Position numbers and translations under genes: made by a program
The notes under the pieces: model-generated
Seen by the model: only the letters and a program-made list of their open reading frames with translations
The model's database searches: none
What the model was told of the DNA's origin: nothing
Origin: the human T2T-CHM13v2.0 reference genome, Homo sapiens
NCBI RefSeq assembly: GCF_009914755.1
Contig: NC_060937.1
Strand: one strand, 5' to 3'
DNA length: 64,000 nt
Part shown: positions 12,754-27,100 of the stretch, in pieces
Layout of the letters: each line of letters opens with the position of its first letter
How positions within the stretch are numbered: position 1 is the first letter of the stretch

Positions 12754-13133
12754 TGTCTTAGTTTGCTGGAGCTGCCTAACAAAGTACCACGGATTGGAAG
12801 GCTGAAGCAAAAAAATATGTATTTCTCTAGGTTCTGGAGGCTGGAAGTGTGAGATCAAGGTGTCTGTAGGGCTGGTTTCTTCTGTGTCCTCTCTCCTTGG
12901 CTTATAGATGGCCGTCTTCTCCCCGTGTCCTCGCATGGTCATCCTATATGTGTCTGTGCCCTAATATCTTATAAGGACAGCAGTCATATTAGATTAGGGC
13001 CCGTCCTAATGACCACATTTAACCTTAATCGCCTCTTTAAAGGCCCTGTCTCCTGACACAGGTCTATTCTGATATACTGGGTGTTAAGGTTCAGAAACAT
13101 TTGAATTTTGAGGGACACAATTTAGTTCCCTCA
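12754..13133 (-). mobile_element. MLT1B/C solo LTR (ERVL-MaLR)
   Basis: tgtcttagtttgctggagctgcctaacaaagtaccac...ttctggaggctggaagtgtgagatcaaggtg...gggacacaatt, canonical MLT1 LTR in reverse orientation. Confidence 0.9.
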
Positions 13134-13844
13134 TCTAACAAGAAGATGAATGTTTCTTGTTAGAAAATGGCAATGTCTTACTCGCTATCTTTAAAGTTTT
13201 ATTTAAATGTTCCAAGTGAGTGCTTGCCTTTAAAAACAAAAAACAACAACACAAAACTTTTATTACTTCTTGTATCCCTGAAGCCTGAATGTACACTTTG
13301 CACTGCATTTACAGCTTGCTTGCTTTCTCATTCACTGAAGTATCAAATACTTCATAGAAATTTTCCGTACTTTGTCTTAGTCCAAAAATTTGTTTTGAGA
13401 AGAAAGGGCAAGTAAAAGTCACCCAATTCTCTTTCAAGTAGATCCAGAGAAATGATATTGTTTTTCCTGTTTCTTTGAGAATTCTCTGGAGCAGCTTTGC
13501 TCTAAAATACTTTTAATAGGAGCTGAATTAAAGTTTTTTTTTTTTTTTTACAACTAGTCTTGTAGTAAAGATAGTTTTAAAAAAGTGGATATTGATTTTT
13601 TTTACACCAAAAGTGAGATTGTTTTAGTATTATTTTTCTGAGAAAATGTTCAATTTCATCTTAGAGGAGTCTGACAAAGTAAATGAAATGCATTGTTTAA
13701 AGGTTTAACAGGTATTTTTCCCCTCATTTAAACGTATAGATATTATGATCACATTCTTCATGAATACATAACCTATTTTACTCCTTCACACTCTTTGTAT
13801 TAGGGTAAAAATACTGATGGCTTATTAGGATATCAGATGTATCA

Positions 13845-14215
13845 CTTCACATTAGATTTATCTGTGAGTTACAAAGGCCTGAAAAACAGTAGGTTAAACA
13901 GGATAGGAAAACGTTTATTCCTCAGGTAAGTCTGCTCAGAGCAGAGGAGTCCAGGACTTGGAAGTGGCTCTGTAGCCATGTGGAATGCAGACTGATGCCT
14001 TGGTAAAAAACCTCCTCCTCATAGTCCAAAGTGGCTGCAAGAAGTCCAGCCATCTCATTTGAGTTCTGATCAAAAGTGTGAATAAAGTAGTGAAAAATGT
14101 CATACTTTCTCCTTTCAAGGAACATTTCTGCAAGTTGCATCCATTTGCACTTAAATCTCACTGGCCAGAATTTACACCTAGATTCCTGGGATCCTGAAGA
14201 GTATGATCTTTTAGT
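13845..14215 (-). mobile_element. Old MaLR LTR (MLT1J-like)
   Basis: aaaaacagtaggttaaacaggatagg...cttaaatctcactggccagaat are typical MLT1J-family motifs. Confidence 0.6.
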
Positions 14216-14729
14216 GGGGTGAAATACTGTCCAGAATAAATTCTGTTGAATGCTGTGCAATGCTCCTAAGGAAGAGAGGGAGAAGAGATGTTTGTGGCCA
14301 CGAGGACCGCTGGTTCCTTTGTGTACCATATGCATACCGTGGCTAGTCACTCTGGCTCTGGGCATAGAGAGGCCTGGGCCGCACAAGGATAATAATGGTA
14401 GCAAGAAATTAAGAAAACACATGAGCAGTGTTTTCCAGAGCCGGCACTTTCAGAGCCATTATCTCAATCAGTCCTTATAATGATGTCCTGAGGTAAACAG
14501 TATCCCAGTGCCATGGACACTCATGGTATAATGTAAATTTTCTAAAATAATTCAGTCCATAAGGGATGAGTCCCTCATTCTGGGATCTGAGTAAAAAATC
14601 TGCCTGCTGTCTGCTGGGCCAGGCTGCCTTGGCATCCCTTGTGGTAGTGAACGCTCTGCCAGCTGGTACTGCAGAGAGGTGGGGTCATCCCTGCCCCTTC
14701 ACCTGAGCTCGCAAATCCCATTATTTTTC

Positions 14730-15870
14730 TTTGCTCATATCCCTTACATCTGTTCATTCCCTATCTCTACCACCACTACTATCTCTCCCCTGGATGGTTG
14801 CAGTGGCCTTGCGAGTTACACGTGTTTATGGCATTCTCATTCCCTTCCAAATGATCCAAAATGTAAAGCCAGGCACATCCCTTACCTCCATCAAACCCTT
14901 CTGTGGCTCTTCTTGCCTTCAGGATAAAGCCAGCTTCTGGGTTAAACCCCACCCTCCACGATCTGGTCCTGACAGCCTTCTCTCTTACTGGCGCTTTTTC
15001 CCACAAGCTTGGGCTTTCCATCAATTTTGAGCTTCTTTCATTTTCTGAATTGTTCCCCTCCTCCTCTGTCTCTGTTTTTTGTGCTTCCTCTGTCTAGATG
15101 TCCTGTTTGCCTGACTGACTCCTGTCCACCCCTCAGGGCTGGAGAGAAGCTTCCACAGAGAAGCCCATCCCTCCGGAGGCTGGCCAGGGGCCCCGGCTGT
15201 GTGTTTAGCTGTGTTGCATGGTCATCTCTTGCTCATCTCCCCAGGTAAACAGCTAAACCTCAACGGCAATGCATTAACTGTGTCTTTTTATTCTGATGCT
15301 TTGACATCTGGGTCCTGTGGACCCTGAGAGGCTGCCCCTCCCAGGGTGAGCCAGTGTCTGTAGTGTTAAAACACTTGCCTGCAGACACACCCTCTTTTGC
15401 AAACCAACCAATCCAGAGCCCACACCCCACATCTCCTCCGTCAGGCTCCCATCCTCTGGGCCACTATTCCTCTGATCACCCCAAGGTTAGGGACCAGACA
15501 ACTAGGAACAGCCCTATACCAGGGCCTGCTGAAATTATTCAAACCAGCCAGTCCTAAGCCTGCCCACCCTGCTCTGCCTGTTCCTTCCCGTGGAAACCAC
15601 AGTAATGCCTCCTCCCCACCATGTCCTCTTGCTCCCGACGCCGGTGGTTCCCATGTGGCCCTGTGTGGTTTGGAGTGCCCCCTCCTCTTGGGAACTGAGT
15701 AACACACTCTCCAATGGTGTTGTCTCCTGAGCAGTTGGCCTCATCATACCTGAATAAGAATGCAACCCCCATTGTCAAACAGGCAAGGGCTTTGTCTTCT
15801 TCCCATGGCACCGGCTGTCCTCACAGTGCTTGACACACAGTAGGTGCTTAGTATGCACTTATTCAGTGAT
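14730..15870 (+). mobile_element. L2 3' region, interrupted by the LTR at 15270-15781
   Basis: L2 motifs (cccttctgtggctcttcttgccttcaggataaagcc) and the 3' end cacagtgcttgacacacagtaggtgcttagta. Confidence 0.75.
15270..15781 (+). mobile_element. ERVL solo LTR (LTR47-like)
   Basis: TG...CA termini with a perfect 5-bp TSD GGCAA (15265-15269, 15782-15786). ttattctgatgctttgacatc...ctgcccctcccaggg recalled as LTR47-type. Confidence 0.8.
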
Positions 15871-16253
15871 TGGCTGGAGGAAAGAAGGAGGGGTTTGAAA
15901 GAATCCAGGAAGGCTTCCTAAAGGGTGTCATTCAAATGGTGCATCAAGGTGAAGCAGGGCTCTCCATGCGGGGATGCCTGGGAAGGACGTCCTAGGAGGC
16001 TGCGCAGCCATCGTCTCTGCCTGGGATACTGTTGGCTTGCCTGCCTTTCTTAGCTGTCCACACCTCTCTGATACCTTAGCTGCTTGTTGTGTTCCCAAGA
16101 AGCTCCCTGCCCAGTCAAACTGAGTAAAAGCACTCAATTATGTGGATTTTCACAGCACTTTGTCACTCTGCTTTTGGTACTAGGAACAATTTGTAATTTT
16201 ATACTTGCTTCTGTAATATGATGGCTGGTCGTGTCCGTTCCTCTAGGTCATTA

Positions 16254-16788
<535 letters not shown>

Positions 16789-19700
16789 TTATAAAGAGAA
16801 GGTGAGACCATTGGTGAGGGTGGAAATAGGGGAATGAGGAAGAGATGGCAGGGCATTGGAGAGAGGGAAGGGTGTTCTGAAGTGTGTTTCTGCAACTCTA
16901 TGGAAGGAGTCGAGGTTGAACCCCTTACAAATATCTGTCACCATTTTCTGGCCTCAACTCCACAAACAGTGTGAAAGCACTCCCGGTTCTAGTGATGGGA
17001 AATGTAGTTTCAGGGTTCATTCATCTGCCCCTTGTCAGCAATTTTTCACAGGCCCTCTTTTTTTTTTTGTAAGTCAGAAAAGATTCACATAAGAAAATGC
17101 AGCACATTCAGGAAAAACACATACAAGCTTAACGCAGATCCGTTGTTTACTGAGCTGGTGAACCCATGGCTCCCTTGCAAGGCTGCATTGTGAGTCTTCT
17201 AGGAGAATTGATCCTATGCTTGTGTGTTGCTATATGAAGCGCTCCTGTGATTAGGTTTTAAACAAGGACAGTGTGAAAAGGAGAAAATCTGATCCCAGTT
17301 TTTCTATTTGTAATAAAAAATAATGACAAAGAAAACTTAAACGGCAAAATCTTGAATTCTTAAGTCTCTAATCACACACACATAGACACAAGGTACACAT
17401 TAATCCATCTCCCTTTGTATGAGGAAAGACCACTATGTCACAATTTCCCTTTGCTAACAATTCCATGTTATCTCTTAACTGAAATGGATTTAATAACTGG
17501 GAGACTGAGAGCCATTGAGCTTTGATGACCCTTTAGTGGCCTCAAGTTATAGGACAAAAACTACTGAGGAAGTATCTTCTAAGGACTTTGGTGATTTCCG
17601 TAAATGACTCCACTTTAAATTGCTGGGATTGTGTAGCCTCCTACAATTACTGGTGTTCTAATTTCCTGGGACTAATTTTAGAGGGTGGAAGATTTTAATC
17701 ATGGAAAGGAATTGTTTCCATTGTTCAGACTAACTTCAGAAGCAGAGTTGAAAGCCAGGGCCAGAGAGAGCCCCCAGAACATTCCACAGGGGCTGGGCGG
17801 GCCGGCCCAGGGCCTGCCTATGGCCTGAAAGAGAAAACCTGCCACGGAGCCCGGGCTTCTCTGATCCTCCCGCCAAACTTTGTCTCTCATTTAGCTTTCT
17901 TTGTGTCTGAGGATTTAGCAAAGGCCTCAGGGTGAGTTTCTGCATATCCTTTTTCCTTGGGAACCCCGGTGGTTGACGGGGGCCCCTGGTAATGTGGCCT
18001 TAGGATGCTGGCCTTCTGAGTTCCTGTGGAGGGAGCAGGCATGGGGGAGGGTTGAAGTGTGGGGCTCTGTCTCTCTTTGGCGTCCCCCAACATAGAGCTT
18101 TGTGCACCTTTCTTTCTCTCTGCTCACACCCCCATGCCCTGCAGATGGGAGCAGACACCAGCAGGGCTTCCCATTCTAGCCCCAAGGAGTACCCATATGC
18201 CTGGAAGGGCACCTCAGCGTCCAGCCTGCCCAGCCTGTGAGGCCGTGTGACCTCTTCAGAGCTAACTCGCCTTTCTTTCCTGTCCGTGTGGATCCGCACC
18301 CCCAACCTGCACCATCTTCAGATTAAGATTTTGGATTTATGGAAAAATAGCTATTTCATTCACTGTCACCTACTAAAGGTGTGTCACAAGTACCAGGTCA
18401 TGGGCAAAATCATACTGCTGGTGTCTGCGGCTCCCTTCCCTGCTTGGTCTCCTATGCAAGACCTTCTGGTGGGAGGAAGCCTTTCTCACTGATTTTTATT
18501 TGGAATTTCCGCATGCTGCCTTCCTGCCCGTGGAGTACTCTGCTTTGAAATGTCCTAGGAATACTTGCATTGGAAGAAAATACTCAACACAATGCATTTC
18601 AGTAGACACAAATTCAAAAGGAAACTCCTGGGTGGTGGGGTGGTCAGAAGACTGTATTAATAAAATTTACAGTAAATGAAAAATGAAGAGAAAAAAATAC
18701 ATATACACTTCATGTCTCCCGCTAACTGTGTTCATTCCTAATACATTTAATAGTGGTTCATTTTCTTTTCTATGTCTCCAATTTTTCTGTGAGGAACATA
18801 CTTATAGACCATGGAAAGGACACATTCTGAAATGTGTCATTGCACACCAGCCTGGGGACGCTGCTCTGAGTCACACTTCAGGTCCTGGGATCTGGGCTCT
18901 TGAGCAAATGTTAGAAGTTTTCCAGTCCAGGCTCCTGCCTCATTTAAGCTGGTATTTTCCTGAATGCCCTTCCACGATGCTGTCCACCCGTGCCTGAACA
19001 GTCCCAGTTAGAGGGAGGTCACCACCTTCCAGGCCACAGAGTCCCTTCATGGGCAGCTTTATTGTTAGAAACAAAAAGAATGAAAAACAGTGGGGTTAGG
19101 TAAAGATGAGAAGGATGGAGAAGGAATAGAAAACATTGCTAATACGTTGAATTTGATAGATGTTTGGCTGGGTTTCCCATTTGAGCCACACAGAACCAGG
19201 CGATCTTTCACAGACTTGGCACCCTCTCCTCTTTGAGAGCCGAATCATGCTTCCTCTTCATTTCCACATTGTCAACACCCCAAGTTCCTTCAATCCCTCA
19301 TTAAACAGGCTTGCTTTTAGCTCCTCACCACTCAAGTTACCTCCTTCTAAACTAATCATAGTCAAATTGTCCTCGAAAAGTGTATTTCCCGGAGCCCAGC
19401 ATGGCGCCCTGCAGTGGGCATGGGCACGGGCGGTGCACTGCATGGGACTTTTCCTTCTCTCCATCCGGGTGCCATACACGAGGGTTTTCAGCTTAGGGCA
19501 GCATTCGCGTTTTCAGTGGTTACATCGCACCGTCAGCTTACATTAACTTTGTGGTCATCTCTGCTCCAATATCTCAGACTCATCGAGTGAGTCAGAAGCA
19601 GGGTCAGGGGAGACGTTTCCATTGTGTCTGTGTGGAGGTGTCAGGGGACATTAAGGCAGTCACCATGTGGGACCCTAGGAGAGGAGCCAGCAGGGAGGAG

Positions 19701-19830
19701 CGGCTCTCTGACAGCAGGGCCTGCAGGATGATGGAGCCGCACCTGCTGTGAGAGTCGTTTCAGAGCCAGTGCCCCTTTAGGTGAGTGCACACTGTAGGGA
19801 TGACAGAGTTGTGCAAAAACTAAAAGCTTC

Positions 19831-20125
19831 GGCTGGGTGCAGTGCCTCATGCCTATAATCCCAGCACTTTGGGAGACCGAGGCAGGTGGATCACCTGAGG
19901 TCAGGAGTTTGAGACCAGCCTGGGCGACATGGCAAAACCCTGTCTCTACTAAAAATACAAAAATTAGTTAGGCATGCTGGCGCACGCCTGTAGTCCCAGC
20001 TACTCAGGCTGAGGCGGGAGAATCACTTGAACCGAGGAGGCGGAGGCTGCAGTGACACGAGATCACACCACTTCACTCCAGCCTGGGCGATAGAGCAAGA
20101 CTCTGTCTCACAAAAAACAACAAAA
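19831..20125 (+). mobile_element. Full-length AluS (Sx/Sz-like)
   Basis: Complete dimer (atcacctgaggtcaggagtttgagaccagcc). Degenerate TSD core ctaaaagct on both sides. Confidence 0.95.
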
Positions 20126-22260
20126 CTCTAAAAGCTATGCCATGAGGGGCTGAAGTATCCTCGTTGTGGAAAGGCAGGTTACGCAGAGCACAGCGACCGG
20201 GAGCCCCAGGCAGTGGTGTGCCAGGCAAGCCAAGTGGAGGGGAGGACAGAGGCACGTGTCAGGGAGTGGGTAGCGTTGGGGACATGGCCGCTGTCTAAAG
20301 AGGCACAGTGGACTTGGAGAGAATTCTGGAGCAGTGAAGAGCCACAGAGCAGGCGACAGCCTTGAGTTTAGTGCAGGGACTGAGTGGCCACTCAGTCACA
20401 TGTAAGTGGGCAGCAGCAGCTGTGTTGTGATTCGAGGGCCACAGTCCGTGTGGCCTGGGATGAGGGCAGTCCTTCCTTGCCTGGCTATTTTCTTAGAGAT
20501 GATAGTCTAAAAGGAGAGCAGTTCATGCCTCGAACAAAGCCCCACCCAAGTGCAGGATATCAAGGCAGATGAGAAGCTTCTCTGTGACTTCCGGGAGGAT
20601 GCTGGAGGAATGAGAGGACCTCAGAATGGGGCCAAATGAGGTCCTGCCAAGGGCAGATAAGAGCCATTTGGGCTGTTGATGGGACCTTAGTGGTATCCAC
20701 AGATAATCTGGCCTGGGGGTTACAAGGCTTTTCTTATCCACAGAAATGTTTTAAACTAACCATGTGAACATTGTTTTAATAGAAGCTTTATGGTGAGAAA
20801 TCACAGAGTAAAATCGCCATTTAATTCTGTGATTTCCTGAACCGAGCTGGGTCCAGGGCAGACCCGCGTGTTTGGATTGTGTGGACTAGGCCACATCTGG
20901 GGCTATTAGCAGTTCTCTTCAGTTCTTCCTCTCAGCGTGTGTGGCTCTCCTGCATGGGATCCCCAGCCTAGACAATGGAAGACTTCCCCACACACTCTGG
21001 AAGACTTGGGGATAAAAACTGTTTGGTGCCCAGGTCAGACCACAGAGATGTTTAAAGCTTGATTTTAACTTTAAGGTTTGAAAATCAGACCATTTTAATG
21101 TTTCATTTTAGACTTACTCGTGCTGTTTCCCTATTGCCAAATTTCACTTTCATAAGGATTTTACTGTAGAGGGATTCTCAGGTGAGATTCTCTGGTTCAC
21201 GCTTTGACATTCTAATCCATAAAATTCAGCAACAGATAGGATCACTACAAAAAACCCACTTAATATTGCTATGATGACTTACACGCCCCTTTGTAAACTC
21301 ACTTGAATCATCAACATGTGTCTTTCTTCATAAGAACGTACACTGAAAAAAGGATTTTGCATGTATCTTGGGTTGGAGATCCGTTCTAAGACGTGTGATA
21401 CATTTCGATTTAGAATTTTTCCAGAAAAGATTTTTCATTTACAGTCAATTGACTTGCGTTTTCTTTTTCTCCCCTCTTCTATTGCGCTGAACTTAAAACC
21501 CATTTTAGCTGTTATTTTTGTATTTATTGGATTGCAACCCTCTTAATGAGATTTAAATGAAAAGTCCTGAAGTGGCCAATCTAGACTTCATATTGCGCCC
21601 ACATGGTTTGCTAAAGCAGGTACCATACCAGTGGGGATCCCTAGTTGTCACAGCTGTAGGAGCCTCCTAATTGCTTGTGACATGGTGCTGCCTTTTGATC
21701 TTGACCATGTTCTCCTAATTATTTAATCTTTGACAACATGAAAACATGTTTAACCACATACCATGAATTAAGATCCAGCACGACTTTTCTCCTGAGGCCT
21801 AGTTCTGCGTGCATATTCTTTATGTGCATAGCAGCTAAGGAAAAAAAAAAAGTTTATTTCCTGTCATCTGTTGAAGGGGAACTAGGGGATGGGGGTGGTG
21901 TGTGCGTATGAACATCCCTCCAGCCTCTCCCTCTCTAGACTTCTGCTGATACATTTCTTGTTTGTTCTGAATTACCCCCTGAGTTGTTGAATTCTCAAAT
22001 GCACTGTTTTTAGGCTGGTATTGTCTGACAATTTTTTTCTAGCCTGGGGAAGGCAGGGAGTAGGAACTCATTGTTAGACAAAGAAGCAGGGAATTGATTC
22101 TGGTGTGTTACACTTGTGCTCTTCTATTTAGGAATATTTATGTTTTATTTTATTTAGTTCATGTGTCTGTTTTCTTCAATGGATTCTAAGCTGCTTGTTG
22201 GTAGGGGCCTTACTATGTCATCTATGAATCACCTGTGCATAAAAAATAATTGCTGTGTGT

Positions 22261-22582
22261 GGCTGGGCGCGGTGGCTCACCCCTGTAATCCCAGCACTTT
22301 GGGAGGCTGTGGCGGGCTGATCACGAGGTCAGAAGATCAAGATTATCCTGGCTAACATGGTGAAACCCCGTCTCTACTAAAAAAAAATACAAAAAATTAG
22401 CCAGGCGTGGTGGCGGGTGCCTGTAGTCCTAGCTACTCAGGAGGCTGAGGCAGGAGAATGGCGTGAACCCGGGAGGGGAAGCTTGCAGTGAGCCGAGATT
22501 GCGCCACTGCACTCCAGAGCCTGGGCGAGAGAGTGAGACTCCATCTCAAAAAAAAAAAAACAAAAAAAAACAAAAAAAAAAA
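22261..22582 (+). mobile_element. Full-length AluY inserted in an L2 3' end
   Basis: AluY diagnostics (atcctggctaac; gaatggcgtgaacccgggag; gcttgcagtgagcc). TSD core attgctgtgtg on both sides, followed by the L2 tail tgaatgaatgaatga. Confidence 0.96.
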
Positions 22583-23013
22583 CATTGCTGTGTGAATGAA
22601 TGAATGAGCAAATGGGTACATTAGTTTCATGAATCAATGAGTGAATAGTAAATGACGTTTGTCTTTGGGGACTTCGCTGATGCCATATGTGTACCTACTG
22701 AGGCATCTCTGTGAAAAATCTCAGGAAAATCTGCGTTGTTTCTTATTGGGGCATCTTGCTCTGATCGCTCTCTGCATCTCTTCTTAATTATGGCAAAAAG
22801 AATATACCACATAAAGATTTTTCTCCTGGGTCTGAACAGTACAGCCCCAGTGTTCTGTAACTGACAGAGGCACACCAAACTTTTTTGCCTGGGGCACCAA
22901 TATCCACCACATATGCTAGAAGGATTTATCTCAGCTCCTGACCTATTGCTATTTCCTCGCAGAATTGTTTGCCAGGGTAACAGGCTGCCTATGTATTTTG
23001 TTTAATATTTGTT

Positions 23014-23059
23014 GGGTAGAGGGTTAGGGTGAGGGTGGGGGTGAGGGTTAGAGTTAGGG
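23014..23059 (+). repeat. Short telomere-variant hexamer array (TTAGGG/TGAGGG), G-quadruplex motif
   Basis: gggtagagggttagggtgagggtgggggtgagggttagagttaggg read directly. Confidence 0.8.
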
Positions 23060-23111
23060 AATCAAGGCTGTGTTGGAATTCTCACCAGTGGCTTGGCAAT
23101 GGAATACATCA

Positions 23112-23384
23112 CAGGTTGCAAACTTTTCTGCAAGTGTCAAGGTAATAACATGTCAGCCTTGCGGCCTTGTGGGTCTCTGTCACAGTGGCTCAACTTTGCG
23201 GTTGTAGCAGAAAAACAGACCTGGACGATGCAAAATGGCCATGGTGTGTTCTAGTAAACCTGAAATTCGAATTTCTTGTAATTTTCCATGTCATGAAATA
23301 TTATTCAACTTTTGTTTCCCTCCGCTGATCATTTAAAAATGTAAAAACCATTCTTACCTCGTGGACTGTAGTTGGCTGCCCCTG
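23112..23384. mobile_element. MER58B-like hAT-Charlie DNA transposon
   Basis: gcaaacttttctg...gtctctgtcacagtggctcaactttgcggttgtagc...tttaaaaatgtaaaaaccattctt...gtagttggctgcccctg. Confidence 0.8.
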
Positions 23385-23513
23385 CAAGGCGGGGACAACA
23401 CGTACTTATTGTACTTTGGGGGACCCATAAGAAGACTGCAGTGAGATGGAGCAGGATGAAAACAGCACCCCTACTGAGGAAGCCTTTTGCATGAAAGGAC
23501 AGCATTGTTGTGA

Positions 23514-24193
<680 letters not shown>

Positions 24194-27100
24194 CTGTTGG
24201 TGGTTCTTAAGGCCGTTCTTAACTTTAGTATTCTACCTTTGGTTGTGTTGCCCTCTGAGACTGTGTGACCTTTAACAGGCTGGGAGCTGGAACTTCAAAG
24301 TCCCAGAGTCGTCTCCGCAGAAGGCATATTTCTGCCAGCATCCTGTTTTCTGTGTAAGATTATATCATGACTGTTGTCCCTGTCAGTTTGGCTACAGAGA
24401 AGAGATGCTTTGGGATTGGAAAAAAGTATGCTTTGGCATCTACGCCACTGGGCAGCTCCATGGGAGTGACTGAGAGGAAAAGGATCAGGCAGTGCCAGCC
24501 AAGAACTTCCTTGGACTTTAATGTCACAGTGTTCGCCTGCACACTTACAGGGGTTACAGGTCTTCTCTAGTCTTTGTGTGGGGTCTCAGCTGTCCTATTT
24601 GTACTAATAACGTAAAGGGAAAGGGTAAAAGAGGTTCTTTTTGCCCGTCTCATAATAGCATTTTTTTACGCTCTAAATGAGTTAATCAAGCCATCACATA
24701 TTCCAATGCCTTTATCATTACTTAGGTAAAAGTCTGGACTTCATGCCTGCAAGAATTGATAAGAAACCAATCCTTGGGATTTTAGCCTCTAATTCTTTTT
24801 TTTCTTTTTATAAAATTACTTTCGAAATGAAAGGAGATATAGGGAAAATACAACATTGAGTCATCTGAGACCAACTTCATCCCATGATGTTTTAATTTCA
24901 GGAATATTTTTCCAGAACTCATTCCAGAATTGGACAAAAAAATAGAGTAAGTCTAAGGAAAGATTTACCTGCATTTTTTTTCCAATTTTTTGCTAAGTCC
25001 TCTGTTCCAACTCCCATTTGTCACACACAGCCACATTAACTGATACTTACGCCTGAAAAATGAGAACGATGCATTCACATATAGATGGAAAGTTATTTTC
25101 TTAGAAATTCAAGGAGCAAAATCAGCTGTCAATAAGCTTTTAGAAGGAAAGGAAAGGATTGCTAGGAATGTGAGTGTGATGGAGCATTTCTAGTAATATT
25201 TGAGACACTATTTGCAACACCTGTTCCAAACTAAATAAAACATTATATAGAGCGTGTGGAGCAACTTCTGCTCACATCTCATGTTTGCTGCAGGAATACA
25301 GAACGCACACACACTCATGTCATGGACACATGTGTCAAATTGATCATACTCCAAAATCTGCATGATCAAACAGTTCTCAAGTAATTTTAGTCCTTGACAT
25401 AATCCACTTCTCAGTTTCAGGACCTTTTAGAGCTGTTTCCATGAATACTGATTTAAAGTCACCCATGTGTGCAGAATGAAGAATGGAATGAGAAACATCA
25501 CACAGCAGCAGAATGCAGAGGGATCTCTCATTTCAAAACAAAACCAGTATTTGGGTTTGCCATGACTGCACAACTGTACTTCTGCACAGGTGTCTTCGTT
25601 GCAGGCACATCGTTCTTTTATTTAAAGGTTTAGAGCGGGGGTCAGGGTCTGTGCTGATTTTATGGATCAATTTTTTAAAACTTGTATGATATAAGGAAGA
25701 GATGATTCTAATTTCTTTAAACAATTTCCATACAATGCTATTTATTCTCATCACTTTAGAAAAATGTACTTCATAGTAATCATTTGTTCTAGGTGGGCAT
25801 CACATAGAACTGGGTAAGTGGGTCCAGTCCCACCCAATCCATGCACCCATCATCTGAATAAAACACAGCAACATGTAGAGAGACATAGTATGGCTCACCC
25901 TGCTGGGATAGAGTTGTGTTTGTCTCTGTTTTAGTGAATTTTCATTCACATTTCTCCATTGATCATCCTTCTCAATATAGAGTGTATGGGAAATAAAAGC
26001 CTAGCAACATCTCAAAGAAGTGAGTTTTAAGGAAAGTTATAAAACAACTACAAAGATTGACAGAATAAACGTTTTCTGGGAATCACTACACAGGAGGATT
26101 TACCAAGTTTTGAGGGTATACTCATGTGAATCTGCAGATACATTTGTCGTAAGGTTTGGGCAGACAGTGGGACAAAGTGACTGAGACAAAAAGGAGTCCT
26201 AACCTTCAAGGCTTTCAGGACCTGGGCAGATAAACTGACCATGGGAAGTAGCCAGACTTAATACAGAGGTGGCGGTGAGGCTTGGCAATCCAGAGAACAT
26301 TTGTCATGGCTCCAGGGATTTGGATCCAATTTTTAAATAATAAATGTGCAGGCCAGACAAAAATGCACCTGTAGGCTATGATTTGTAACCCATGAACCAA
26401 GTGTTCGTTGGGTGCAGGGTGTGTCCCCACAGTCGAACCACCCAAATGCACAGACAGAATGTTTGAACTCTGTGTAGTGAACAAAGGGCTATAAATAGAG
26501 CCGAGTTCTGGAGTCACTGCTGAATCTTGGCAAAGAGATCTCAAGATCACAATCAGAGAGGGAAGGCATCCAACGAGCAAGAGGAGGAGAAGGAAAATAA
26601 CAGCTCAAATGCTTCAGGAAGGTGGACAATTGCTCATTTATCCACTCATTTATTCTTTCTTTTTTAAATTGTTGCTGGTTTTGAGTAATATATTGCCTGC
26701 TTTCATTATTCATATTCCTAAAAACCAGGTAGTCATCTCTTCTGGGATGATGTCAAAACAGAATAAAAATGGCAAACGTGATCTCGGCGTTGTAATCTGT
26801 CCTTTGCCCTGCTGGGGTCATTCCTTGCTTTCCTGAATGCATTTAAGAAGAAAATTATTTTCTTGCTGCAGAGACTTTGTGTCTGTTGGGTGGTGGGACT
26901 CTGGGGACACAGTGTTGATGTGGCTGCCTCAGAAGAAGGAAAATCTTCTTATTCTGCACTTTCTAAAGAGAAGGACAACTTCAGTGAGTGGCTGAAGCTG
27001 TGAGGGCTTTTCAGACATCAGATGGTTGACTTCTATGAACCCTACAGAAGATAATGTTGCATCATGCTGGCACTTTACATTCTAAAGAGCATAGCAGACA

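Noticed and set aside
13922-14422. 166-aa minus-strand ORF with hydrophobic N-terminus
   Set aside because: More than half lies in an old MaLR LTR, with no recognisable homology.
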